This document shows positions 1 through 12,199 of a stretch of 64,000 nt of DNA, in pieces; the stretch's first letter is position 1; each line of letters starts with the position of its first letter. Source of the stretch: Marsupella aquatica. Its lineage: Eukaryota > Plantae > Marchantiophyta. Under the pieces are notes generated by a model. It saw only the letters and a program-made list of their open reading frames with translations. It was not told where the DNA came from and ran no database searches. The position numbers were made by a program, and so were the translations under genes. The DNA lies in NCBI GenBank assembly GCA_973895155.1, contig OZ316894.1, positions 20,218,451 to 20,282,450 of the forward strand, read 5' to 3'.

Positions 1-3000
1 GGTGTGTGTGAATCTGTTGATCTTGGTCTGAGTTTGCTTTGCTGGGGATTATGGGTAGAGAGAGGTGTGCCTCGACTGTTATGGAAGGGTATATCTTATG
101 ATATTTCTGGCATTTTAGATGATCAGTCTGGGGGAATTACATGGCATTGTGAGCCAAGTTGTTGCTTGGATGTTTTCCATCCAAGTAGAGAGAGTGTTGT
201 GAGTATAGCAGGCTGTTTTAGACACAAGGATTGCTTGAGGTTATCACAGAATGGAGGAGGATTTGAAAATCTAACTTGTAGTGAATGTGATTCTATAACA
301 CTAGAAGATGATTTTCGTGGACGGGTGCACAGGGAAGCGGAAGCAGTAGTCCACAGAGGGAGCCGAACCACTGCTGGTGGTATACGTTTGGATTATTTGA
401 CCAACACAGAGTTAAGAGATCAAGTGCACAACCTGAACTCTGTGCGACGAAAAGAGCGTTGGTTGTTAGCTTTGCAGGCTCAGAAAGTATGTGCCTTGAG
501 CACCAGGAAACGAAAACTAGAGGAGTTGTTAGGAGTTGCAGCAGACAGGAAGGATTTGAGATTGTTTCTTAGGAGTATTTTGAATGGACACAGGAATGGT
601 GCATTTGGTGGTAAGGAGGGTTTGTGGGATTTCTTGAAGGATGTAGCTCGCAATTTAGGCAGGAAGCCAAAAGGTAATCGTTACAGTAATAGGACTCGAG
701 CTATTGCTCAGGCTATGTTCCAATTTGGGGGCCGTCAAGTTGCTCATTGTTTTGCACGAAACTTGACAGCCCCTAGCCTTGTGACCCTAAAACGTGATAG
801 AGCAAAACTCACACCTTTTCGAACCGGGTTACGGAAGGAAACCTTTCAGGAGATTGCTAGAGTGTTGTCTGCTGCAAAGCACTCATTGGGCATTGAGGGG
901 GATGTGCCTGTTATCTTTGCTGAGGATGAAACAAGGATCAAAGAACGCCCTAGGTAATTGGAACTGGACATTTTTCCAATTGTTTTTTTAATGACTTTAC
1001 AAGTAGCACTTGGCTGGAATTGCTGTGATATTGAAAAATTGCATGTCTGTGTTTCAGGTGGGAGGCAAAGTATGATACTCTCATTGGTTTCTGTGGACCT
1101 TCAGAGCAGCATGTATGCTCCTATGGTTTGGAAATTCTAGTTGGTGAAGGTGATGAGGGGTATGATAAAATTGTAAGTACATTTGAACAATGCCCCAAGT
1201 GCATGTATGCCCGAGTTGTGATTGTGAATCCTCTGCATGAGTCCTTACCTAAATTGGCTGTGTGTGCACTTCCAACTTGTAATAAGTTCACAGCTTCTTG
1301 GGTACGAGAGCATTGGGTCCAGTTAAAGGCTTTTTGGGATGAATATTGTAGAGCTATGGTAGGCCCTTTGCTTGGACATGCTAGTGATGGTGATGCACGT
1401 CGCCGAAAGCTGATGCTGGAAGATTACAGAGGGCAGAATGGATCATACCCAAGGTACGGAGTTGGGTGGGAAGGGTGGACATACTCTGTTTCAATTCTAC
1501 CAAATGGAGATTTGTATGGCTTTGGTGACCAAGACCAACCTCATAATGGGAAAAAGATGATAAACCCCTTAGACAGAGTGTCTTCTTTACTGGTGCTAGG
1601 AGATCAACATGCATCTTTATCTTATGTAGCTAATGTCTACAATCATTATCCAATTCATGAACATGGCATGGCTTGGGATGATGTGAATAGGACTGACCGG
1701 CAGAATTGGGCAGGTCCACAACGAATAGCAGCAAGAAGAGTGCAGCAATGTCTGAAAGATATGTATGAGAGGAGAGATGTACAACATGAACGAAGTTTAG
1801 GAACTCAGTTGTACTTGGAGATTTGTGCAGATTACTTAGATATTTTCTTTTCTCCAGTTCATGATTTGAGGTCCCGTATTGTGTTAGCATCCAAGGTTTC
1901 ATTCTTTCTACGTTTGTGGAGATTGTGGTTGAGGTTTGGTGACCATTCAGTGGGTGGGAACTTTGCAGCACACACTGAGAAAGACATGATGTCTATTCAG
2001 GCTTTTCATGATGTTAACATGTCATGTCATTTCATTGTGCTGTTAATTTGTGCCTTTCGAGATAAGTTCCCACATCTAGGTGTTCCCTTCCACTTGCTAG
2101 GTTCAGATTGTTGTGAGATTTTCTTCAGCAAGGTAGGAGGCATGAGTGGCCATGAGCGGAATTATGATTTTGGCTCTCTATTGGATAGTGCTGTTGGACT
2201 GAACCGGCTTGCTGCCCTAGAATATGGACCAGAAGGCTTGAAGATAGGTCGTTCACATAAGAAACAAGATCATGTATGGGGGAAGATTCATCCTATAGGG
2301 GAAGGGGAGGAAGCACCAAATCTACTTGACTATTCTCTCATTGAGACTAATGAATTAGTGGTTGCAGCCCTTAAAGAAGGTTTTGTTGCTGCTAAGGATC
2401 TTATGCATCAATTGCAGATGTCTCCACGAAGTTCCTTACCAGCAGCTAGAAAGAGATGGTGGACATGTCCTTTGGTTGTGGAAAGTGAGACCTGGCCACT
2501 AGAGGTGGTTCTGAAGGAAGCAATTGTTTGCAATGATTCTGAGGAGCAAGTAGAGCACCAACCACCAGACATAGGTCCTCGCCCAACTGGAGATTTTCAT
2601 GAATTGGAAGATCCTGAGGATGATCTGAATAGAATAGATGCATGGTTAACAGAACCAGATCCCATTGTTGTTCCTGAGATGCATTCAGATGATGTACACA
2701 GAGATGATATACAGTTTGATGTAGACCCCTCAGATGAGCTTGAGACATTAGGTCATGAAGTTCGGCATGTGTTTGGATCAGTTGTCCATGCTGTAACTAA
2801 TGTACAGAATCGTACCAAGGTAGTGCCTACTGTTACTTATGAAGGCAAGGTGATTTACAAATCCACTCTGGTAAGCCAGTTGGTAGGAAATCCGCATTTG
2901 TCAAAAGATAGGCTGACAAGGGTGAAACAAGTGCTATACTATAGTACTGGCAAGAGAAAAGTGCAAGAAGTCAATCCTAACTCATGTTTTGTTGATGTTG

Positions 3001-3449
3001 GCACTGATTGTGCAATTGCATTTGAGTCTGATGATAGTCCTGCTCCAAGTACTAGATCTGGAAAAAGAAAGGGAGGAAAGAATAAGGTTGTGGTGGAGGC
3101 AATCTCAGCAGGTAAGAAATATTTTTGGTTGGGTCGGATTGTCCAAATGAGACAGAAGTATGGCAGTAGGTGGGGCAATTGTCGGTCACCAATTGATTTG
3201 ATGGATAGGCCAACTCCACTTGCAGGGCAATCAGGTAACATTTGTGAACTGTTGTTAAATTGGTATAGTCCTATTGGTAAGAGCAAAAGTGAATTCAGAT
3301 ATGATACCACTGATTTGAAATGGATGGATATTGAAATGGTCATTGCTAGTGTTAGTTTAACCATGAAAGAAGGGGTTATGGATCGTATCTATGTGTTGGA
3401 TCCAATAGATAGACGTGCTTTGGATCAGTATCTTCAAACAATGGTATGA
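1..3449 (+). CDS. Spliced DDE transposase, P-element/THAP9-like (5' truncated by window; exons <1-953 and 1058-3449)
   Basis: A GT-AG intron at 954-1057 (CCTAG|gtaatt...tttcag|GTGG) joins ORFs 4-957 and 1128-3449 in frame (ERPRWEAKYDTLIGFCG...LEILVGEG). Motif order AEDETRI, GHASDG, DQPHNGKK, DRQN, GSDCCEIFFSK matches the D / D / DxxH / E catalytic pattern of P-type transposases. There is an N-terminal HxxC..CxxC. No internal stops. Confidence 0.7.
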
Positions 3450-3461
3450 ATATCATGTTAC

Positions 3462-3541
3462 TGTTTAGTTTTTGAGAGTCTGTATATATGTTTTATTTTG
3501 TTGTTTAGTTTTTGAGAGTCTGTATATATGTTTTATTTTGT
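3462..3541. repeat. Perfect 40-bp tandem duplication just after the transposase stop codon
   Basis: TGTTTAGTTTTTGAGAGTCTGTATATATGTTTTATTTTGT present twice. Confidence 0.9.
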
Positions 3542-3575
3542 TAATATTAGTGGGTGTAGTGGGATAGGATAGGGG

Positions 3576-3635
3576 GTGACGGATTGGCAACTTGAGATCC
3601 TTTCTCAATTAGGGGTTCAATTCCCCTCCGTCACA
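3576..3635 (+). ncRNA. tRNA-like 60-nt structure lacking a D-arm (not called as a functional tRNA)
   Basis: Acceptor stem GTGACGG/CCGTCAC plus A. Arm TTGAG-ATCCTTT-CTCAA. T-arm AGGGG-TTCAATT-CCCCT containing a B-box-like GGTTCAATTCC. Confidence 0.4.
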
Positions 3636-4096
3636 TGTTACATCTCTCAACATAAGTTTTAAATGGAGTATGGATGGAGCATGGGATTGGTGATCAATGG
3701 GTGGAATGGATTATTTATGTTGTGACCTTAAAGGCCATCCCACTTATGCACGTAAGGTTTATATTGGGATGACCTTTTAGGTACACAATATAAATGATGC
3801 ATTGAAATGATCAAAGTTTAAGGTCGACAAAGGTGCAAGAACTGTTGCAGGGCGTGCCATGTCTGACATACGACTTCACAAGGTACTGACATAGACTTAT
3901 CTTTTCTTTCTAGGCATTTTATATTGATATGTGACACTTTACTTCACAAATTATAGGGGCAATACAATTTGGATTTTAGACTCTTAGAAGAAAGAAAGAG
4001 GGAGGAAAAAAAATTTTCAACTTAATAAGTATGGGGGTCTAGGCATGAAAACGTCGCAGGTGATGGGGGGGTCCTCCATATAGTGAGACCCCCGAG

Positions 4097-4987
4097 TGTG
4101 AACACAAACTTCCGATCAAGAAACCATGGGGCACCGGCCAAAGCATAGTCCCTATGTTCAGGGTTCCTAAATGTGACCATATAAAAGCTTTTCCCCACAA
4201 ATTTCACCTGTGTCACAGGCCAATTCATTTCATTCACAAAAGTTTTATTCACCCAGAATTTGAAGGTAGGAAGCATGGGGGCCCTGTCAGTGAAATAACA
4301 CATCATCGTGCAATTGAAGAGTTATGTGACAGTCTCAGCCGCCTCTTCCAAGGACCACTTGATCTTTGTGTGAAGCTTCGATGGCCATTCTTGGATAGAA
4401 AGGTCTGAGATCCTTCTCAGAATAGGTATACAGGCTGCAATTTCTTTTTCTTTTGTGGCTCCAGCTACTCGCTGTGCATTCTCAGTCTCCCTCTGAGCAT
4501 ACCCCGTATGGCGGTTAGAGTCAGTGTGCCCCGGCTCAAGTATGCTACGATCACCAATATCGTCCTGGAAATGTTCCGAGGTAGTCCTCTCTACCCTGTC
4601 TTCCAGCTCATTCATCAAACAACTTTTGCGAGTTCTCTCAGAGTCCCAGCGTGTAAATCCATCTCTCTCAATTCCAGAAGGTCTAAGTCCATACCAACTC
4701 TGTACAGTGTCACCAGGGGCCGCTTGCCCAGTATTCTCACTAGTAGTAGGTCGAGTGCCAGATGCAGCTCGAACATCCTGACTAGGTACTACCTTCCTCG
4801 ACAGAGGTTCACCCGCAAGCGCATCAGAGTAGCTACTTCGTGTCAAAGCAATCTCCTCCGGCCGGCCACTCGAGTGAGACCAATGCTTATCGCCCCCTTC
4901 TTCATCGTGCCTCTCAGCTCCATATCGATTAGAAGCAGGGCCCCTGCCCCTGCCCTCAGGTCCAGTCCAATGTCGATTACGTGACAT
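4097..4987 (-). pseudogene. L1-type LINE ORF1 (DUF4283-like), N-terminal part, one in-frame stop, truncated by the P-like element
   Basis: ORFs 4322-4987 and 4022-4306 are in the same frame, separated by one stop. FYMVTFRNPEHRDYALAGAPWFLDRKFVF is typical of the plant L1 ORF1 RRM/DUF4283 region. Confidence 0.75.
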
Positions 4988-7449
4988 ACTGTACTGCTTA
5001 GGGCCAGCTCTCCAAGTTACGTTGCCCCCACTGCTTCCTCCTAATTCGATTTTACAGCAATCTTTTGCACTAATCTCTCAAGAATTAAGTATAAAGCTTA
5101 TTGAAAACACAGAGCAAAACCGTAAGTGCTCACCCGTATCTTCCCTTTGAAGAATAGGTCCTCGCTATCCGTCCACCATTCCGATGAGAGAGATCGATCT
5201 GTTACCTTCGCAAAGATTACACCACGATGTGTAATCAAGATTATACCCCCTAATCCACGTTACTTTGAGTGACTCGTAAATCCGCTTGTCTTTACCTAAT
5301 CATCATCTGCATCCTACCTCAAGTGCGTGCATCCAGCACACGCCCACAGCCGCTCTCGTGTGTAATCAACCCTAAAAGAGATCTCCCGTGTGTCAAACCT
5401 AAAGCTAAAAATGACGAGAAATCACTTTGGATCGTAGTAATCACACTCCTGGAGTAAACAGTTCAGCAATTTGTAATCATCATAAGATCAGGCAGGTCGA
5501 TGACTCTGCCGCATCCATCCCGCACCACTCCCAGACCAAGACCGAAGGGCTCACAGTTCGATGAGTTCAGCTCCGCCAGACCATTTTTCAGCTCCTTGCA
5601 GCTCCTCTCCTTCAATTCAATCTCAAATAACAGTATGTTGACCGACATAGTCACTGAAAATCCTGAACCTGAGACGTGTAAGAATTCTTTCTTAGAGAGT
5701 GAAATAGCAAGTTTATCAGGGTTGAGCACAGTTAGCAACTGAGGGGACTACTGAATATCTTCCAATTTCTGTCAACAAAACATTGCCAGACAAACTTACA
5801 CTGGAGTTGCTAGTTGTAAGATCTGCAACATTTGAAGAGTCATATTCTCTTTTACCCTCTTGTTGGGACCAGTGGGAAATAATGACAATAAACTGAGGTA
5901 CTTGTGTGCATTACCTTCACGTGCTTACAGCGTCTATTTGTACCTCTGAGTGCGTATTTGTGTCCTACATCAAGCCCTTTAGCATTTCTCTGCAAGAAAT
6001 ACACAGCACTGTGTATTGGCCACAGAACCGAGTGAACTAGTAGTGGTGGGATTCCAAAGCTAGTTCTTGTATTCCGGGGGAGGGTAGTTGAGAATAATTG
6101 TATGTCTGGGAGATTGAAATGCCAGAGCGAGTTCTTCAGAAATAATGTAATATTAGGGCTTCTCAGAACTCAGTTCCAGGACTGACTTGCGGGTTCAGGT
6201 CATTCCAATAAATCAGGTTATGTGACCGTTTTTGATCTAAAAAATCAAGGTAACTATGACAATTGGTGCAGCGCATAGATTGCACTCATGATGAGACTGG
6301 TGATGTTCAGATGATGTTTTTTCTGCCGTTGAAATCAATTTTAATAAAGATACAAAAAAACATAAGGCATACAGAAAGAGAGGCCCAAAGAAAGCAAGGC
6401 CTAAAGTGAGAAACCAGGGAGGCTGTTGCCAAGGACAATCCTGTGTAGGAGGGTGCTATCCAAACTGTACCTAGTGTAATACCAACAAGTAATCATTATA
6501 GTGGGGTCTCCAACCACACTGAAGAAAGCTATATACGTCATATGTACAGCCTTTAAGAGTGGGTCACAAGTGAATTAATTGTAGCCAAGTCATTCTTCTA
6601 ATAGATTAGAAGAGTACCTATCCTGTCATAGTGTCCCTCATGATCTCCGCCAACATGTCAGGTAAATATGACAGTTGGGGGCACCAATCACAAAAGCAAG
6701 CTATGTACATCACATGTACGGCCTTTGAGTGTTGGTCAAAACTGCATATTCCCCACTGTTTTCTGGAGAAAGTAAATTATTAATGAAGTTTTACACTAAG
6801 GCATTTCTTGCAAAAATGTACTGCAGGGTGATTATGACACCCCATTAAAGAAAATCAGCTTTTAAGTACAAGTAAAGATGTTTAAATTTATAATAAACTG
6901 TTCTTTTTGTATTAACAAAAAATACCACAGTTTTGGTATATAGTTCCTCGGTTACCTGGTTAAACTTGTCACCTATATATAAAAAGTGGCAATTGTACTG
7001 AAAAGTACTTAAAATTATAAAGAAAGTAACAATTCTTTTTCAACATTCCTCCTTAAAACATTCCTCCTTAAAACACATGACCATGATCTACGATGGTATT
7101 GTCTAAATATACAATGTAGGGAAACAAATCCAAGACAACATCTGCAATACGGGAAGTCGGGAACAAACAACATCTGCAAAATGGTAACAAATTATGCACC
7201 TACAACATGGCTCACAACACTTCTTTCACCCAAAACATTGTCCAAGACAGATTCAATGGGTATACGGTTGCATTATTTTATTTAATAACATACAAGCAGG
7301 AAAATTTAGCCTAGCAAATGCCATGTCCATCAAACACTGTAATAGACACAATATGTCACCTTTTGTCGCAATTCGTCCATTTGCAAAATAAAAGGTTAGT
7401 GGGAATCATCTGTGGCCATTAGATCGTTTCACCTTTTTATTTTATCTTT

Positions 7450-7794
7450 TGTTAGGATTTATTCTTAGGTCTAGAGTTACAACTGTACCGTAGTTAGGGC
7501 TAACCTTAGTCACAGACTAGGTTAGGTTAGTCATGTTGTGCACACTCTATATCCAAGCGGTGTTTGTTTGGAGAGTAGGAACTCAGGCTTATTGTTACAG
7601 AGCCAGTTGAGAGATAGGGAGAGCTTGTGCTATGGACGTTTGATATGGCTGGCCGGCCTAGAGTGCAGTAAAGCTCTTGTGTGTTTCCATGGACATAATC
7701 TCATGTGGAGTAGAACCATGTATCTCTCGATGTTGATACTTGTGCGTTGGATAGTTCATGGGCTTGTTGTTGCGATTGTCGTCTATGCTCAATA
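7450..7794 (+). mobile_element. Solo LTR of a Ty1/copia family related to the element at 40839
   Basis: 345 bp, TG...ATA (decayed ACA). The 3' ~215 bp aligns closely with LTR 40839-41184 (GTTGAGAGATAGGGAGAGCTTGTGCT...GTCGTCTATGCTCAA). Flanks TCTTT/CCTTT give a 4/5 TSD. Confidence 0.85.
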
Positions 7795-8458
7795 CCTTTG
7801 ACCATAGAAAGAGAGTGTGTAGCTACCCTGAATGGCCCTTGCCATGTGTGCCATGCGATGCCCTGCCAATGTGATTAGGGCTATAAGTCCCTTTTGACTT
7901 TTCATACCCACTGCCCAAAGTGTCTGCAGCAAAAACTGGTTAAATACTAAAAATGCTTCCATGGAGCAGGCTCTCACATAGTGGTAGCTCTTGCGAGTGG
8001 GGAAGCAGAGCTTTTGGGTTTGAATGCCCTATGCACCCAACTTGTAACACAAACCCCACTGAAAAGTGGTCTTCAGACTAAGCTTGTATGACACTTAGAA
8101 AAAATAATCAATTTTCACATTTTGCGAGCAAAGGTAGGTTATAGTATGTCCCCACCTCCCCCCCCCCTGGTTACCTCTATTTTATTCAAGAAACAATTTA
8201 CTCTCTCATACTGGATGGATTACTTTATTGACTATGTAATATTTACAATTAAACTCCAGTCATTATGTAGCACCTATATGCATGGATGATATAACATGGA
8301 TGATAGAGAGAGGAACATGCTATTACATGGATGGTGGAAGGAAGAGCCGTGCATGGTATAGCATGGATGGAAGTACAACGAAAGGAAAGAAAACAAAAAG
8401 AGGAAGCAACGTGCATTTACTGTATCATTCACATCAAATATAATTTACATAGCATGGA

Positions 8459-9746
8459 TCCCGGTTTGGACTTGTCCGACAAATAGAGGCCTTTGGACTC
8501 GACAACCGACAAGTTGTCACCCGGTCCACCCCGGTCCCCGGTCCCCGGTCCACCCCAGTCCCCGGACCGAACTCCCCGCCCCGGTCTGTACTCCCGGCCC
8601 GGTCCCTTGCCGGCCCGGCCCCTTCCCCTTCCCGGCCCGGCCCCTTCCTTTCCCGGCCCTGCCCCTTCCCAGCCCAGCCCCTCCCATTCCCGGCCTCTTC
8701 CCTTCCCGGCCCAGCCCCTCCCATTCCCAGCCCGGCCCCTTCCCGGCCCGGCCTCTCCCATTCCCGGCCCGGCCCCTTCCATTCCCGGCCCGGCCCCTTC
8801 CCTTCCCAGCCTCTTCCCTTCCCGGCCCGGCCTCTCCCATTCCCGGCCCGGCCCCTTCCCTTCCCAGCCTCTTCCCTTCCCGGCCCAGCCCCTCCCATTC
8901 CCGGCCCTGCCCCTTCCTGGCCCAGCCTCTCCCATTCCCTTCCCGGCCTCTTCCCTTCCCGGCCCAGCCCCTCCCATTCCCGGCCCGGCCCCTTCCTTTC
9001 CCAGCCCTTCCCCTTCCCTTCCCGGCCTCTTCCCTTCCCGGCCCAGCCCCTCCCATTCCCGGCCCGGCCCCTTCCCTTCCCGGCCTCTTCCCTTCCCGGC
9101 CTCTTCCCTTCCCGGCCCAGCCCCTCCCATTCCCGGCCCGGCCCCTTCCCTTCCCGGCCTCTTCCCTTCCCGGCCCAGCCCCTCCCATTCCCGGCCCGGC
9201 CCCTTCCCTTCCCGGCCTCTTCCCTTCCCGGCCCAGCCCCTCCCATTCCCGGCCCGGCCCCTTCCCTTCCCGGCCTCTTCCCTTCCCGGCCCGGCCTCTC
9301 CCATTCCCGGCCCAGCCCCTTCCCTTCCCGGCCTCTTCCTTTCCCGGCCCAGCCCCTCCCATTCCCGGCCCGGCCCCTTCCCTTCCCGGCCCTGCCCCGC
9401 CCCTTCCCGGCCCAGCCCCTCCCATTCCCGGCCCTGCCCCTTCCCGGCCCTGCCCCTCCCATTCCCGGCCCGGCCTCTCCCATTCCCGGCCCTGCCCCTT
9501 CCCGGCCCTGCCCCTCCCATTCCCGGCCGGGCCCCTTCCATTCCCGGCCCTGCCCCTTCCCGGCCGGGTCCCGCATCCCGCCCGGCCCTGCACTCGGCCC
9601 GCCCTCACCTAGTGTTTGTGAGGCCGGGCCGGGGCCGGACCGGGGCATAAGAGGGAATATGCGACAAATAGGGTCATTTTTGGGCGACAAATGACAAGTT
9701 GTCGTGTCCGACAACACGACAAGTTGTCCGACAGCTCAAACCGGGA
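8459..9746. mobile_element. Non-autonomous TIR element filled with C-rich minisatellite
   Basis: TIR TCCCGGTTTG/CAAACCGGGA. Exact flanking duplication CATGGA (or 8 bp with one mismatch). Subterminal TGTCCGACA and GACAAGTTGTC motifs occur at both ends. Confidence 0.75.
8520..9645. repeat. Degenerate GC-rich minisatellite (CCCTTCCCGGCC / CCCATTCCCGGCC units)
   Basis: About 1.1 kb almost devoid of A on the + strand. It produces spurious long ORFs in several frames. Confidence 0.95.
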
Positions 9747-10009
9747 CATGGATGGTAGAGGGAAAAATAAAGTACAATGAAAGGAAAAAAAAGAGGAATC
9801 AGCATGTATTTATTTTATCATTCACACCAAATATAATTCACTTGTTTTTAATTTCTTCCTTTTCTTGCAATTTATGATTTTTTACCCAACAATCCACTCC
9901 ACATTAGAATGACAAGCACTACATAAAATTCCAAAACATAGTCATAAATAATTTTTTATTATGACTATATACATTGAAAACTGAATTACTACCACAATAA
10001 ATGTTGCTC

Positions 10010-10285
10010 AACATGTTATTATAGTCTTAATAATATAACATGTTATCTTTAATTATACAGAGTACATGAGATGATTTTCATCACCTAAAATTAGAGTGTC
10101 TTTTCTTGTATTAACGGGGATGTTATTATAGTCTACTAAACATGAGATGATTCTCATAGCCATCACCTAAAATTGAAGTGTCTTTTTCTTGTATTAAAGT
10201 ACAAGTTATTATAGCCTATAGTACATGCGATGATTCTTATGTGAGGTCACCTCAAATGTGTCTTTCTATTCTATTAAAGTATACT
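10010..10285. repeat. Degenerate ~85-95-bp tandem repeat, about 3 copies
   Basis: Recurring GTTATTATAG..TACATG(A/C)GATGATT..TCACCT.AAAT..GTGTCTTT..TATTAA. Confidence 0.6.
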
Positions 10286-12199
10286 CATTGTAAAGAGAAT
10301 CTTTTGGGGCTTGATAAACTTTTTGAGACTTTCGAAGGAAGCAAAATGGGTTGATTTTGCTTTTTAACTAGCTCTTTTTTCCTTCTCTTTATCTAATTTT
10401 GCATTTTTTCCTATTTACTTAATGGTGCCAAAGATTAGAAAAAGGGGGAGGAATGGAGTTGCAAGGTAGTGAAGAAGTAGGAAAAAAGGGGACAGAAAAA
10501 ATTAAATTTCCCCTCCCAATAGCATTGTTTGACCACACCTTGACCTGGAAAGCCCAAAGGGGGGCCATCACCTCTCTTGCGCTCCTACTCACCCTCCCAC
10601 ATCCTTGCTCTCCTCAACAACATAGCTTCACAACAATAACAACACTTTTTCCAGAATATAATAAATATGCAAAAGTGAAGGCGACTGTGACATTTTATTT
10701 GTTTTAGCTTTTGTAGAAAAATGGTCCCAAATTTTGTTATTCCATCTAAACCTCCAACATTATTTTTAACAAACTTTTCAAAGAATTCTCCTTTAATGAA
10801 GGTCAATAAGATCAGGCTCCCAGCATTTTTCTCCACAAGAACCGCCTTGCTTGACATGCCCCGTCATCTCTATTAGTCACTTGTGCTCTTATTCTTCTCC
10901 CAATCGGGAGCCCAGCTCTTTGCCCCCATTTGCATCCTTTGTCCCCATTTTGTTCCATCTTTCGTATCAGCAACAATAAAATTTTCTTGCCTGACTCTTA
11001 TCCATGTATTTGCACTACCCATTTGAGCCCTATCCCATATTTTTGTGTTGACTTGAATTACATAAATTCATGTGCTATTTTGAACAAGATCTACTAACAC
11101 ATTGACAAAACTTTTCACATGAATGAGCAAGAACGAATTACGGCAGATCCAATGTTTTCAGTTTGAAGCACCTAAAAACCCCAGCCTTCAATTAATCAAC
11201 ACTCCTTTACCTTCACTCAATGTTTCTATGCAATGTTTTGGTATTGGGCTTGGCAACAACATGGCCGCAGTAACTGCATAGCCGCAAAACCCTCATGACT
11301 GGAAAAACCGCATTGTCAGAATGACAAAATTGCCGCAACAACATCTCAGATGTCTAAACAACTTTCTTGCCTCGCTTGCATTCTTTGTATTTTCTACATT
11401 TATTTGGCTCATGTGCATTTCTTTGCCTTGCCTCAACATTTTTGCCTCACCCCAATATGTTTGCCTCACTGCAACATCTAAAGTTGCCTTAACATTTTTG
11501 ATTTGCCACATTCAACATCTTTGCCTCATCTCAACATTTTTGCCTTGCCTTGACTGTATGCCTGCAACTACTACATGGTGGCAATGACACATAACATGCC
11601 TCAACGTCTACCTCACAAATTAAGCCTATATTTTCTTGCTTCACCTTGACATCCTTGTCTTTTCTCCCCTCAATCAATATCTTTGTCTTGCTTTGACATC
11701 TGTTTATTTCCTCAACATCTTTTTCTCACCTCAATATTTTTTTCTCTACTTGACATTTTTTTCTTGCCTCTACATATTTTTCTCACCTCAACATTTTCTA
11801 TGCAATGCACACGCATTGGGCTAGTTACATTATAATAAAGAATGTTTTCAACAGGTAATAGAGTTGTTTAACCACTATAGTAGAAGTTTGAAGAAACACT
11901 CTATGACTTGGAAAGACCTTATTCTTCCTTGTACTTTTGGCCATGGTGTGTCACACGGACTCTCACTTGGTCTTTCAAATTAGTAGACCAGGTGACACAC
12001 CATGACCAAGACCAAGTGACAGACCATGGCCAAAAGTATAAGTAAGGATAAGGGAAATCCTCATGGAAGTGCCAAATATGATGACCCAACTGACCACTCA
12101 TGTCCACTATGGCACTTCCACTCCTTCACAAGCCATGCATGGCTGAAAAGGGATGAAGCCCCAAAGCCTCACGCCTTGGAAAGGCAAAGTGATAGCATA

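Larger units (their letters stand above)
1..4096 (+). mobile_element. Autonomous TIR DNA transposon (P-like), right end at 4096
   Basis: The terminal ~60 bp (AAAACGTCGCAGGTGATG...TAGTGAGACCCCCGAG) is shared with the right end of the MITE at 31725-31788. Similarity stops at 4096, exactly where the L1 ORF1 is cut. Confidence 0.75.

Noticed and set aside
5000-6350. Possible antisense ORF upstream of the LINE ORF1
   Set aside because: Multiple stops and no recognisable motifs; the LINE 5' boundary could not be defined.
8429-9717. Four overlapping 360-430-aa Gly/Arg- or Pro-rich ORFs
   Set aside because: Artefacts of a stop-poor GC minisatellite; open in several frames on both strands.
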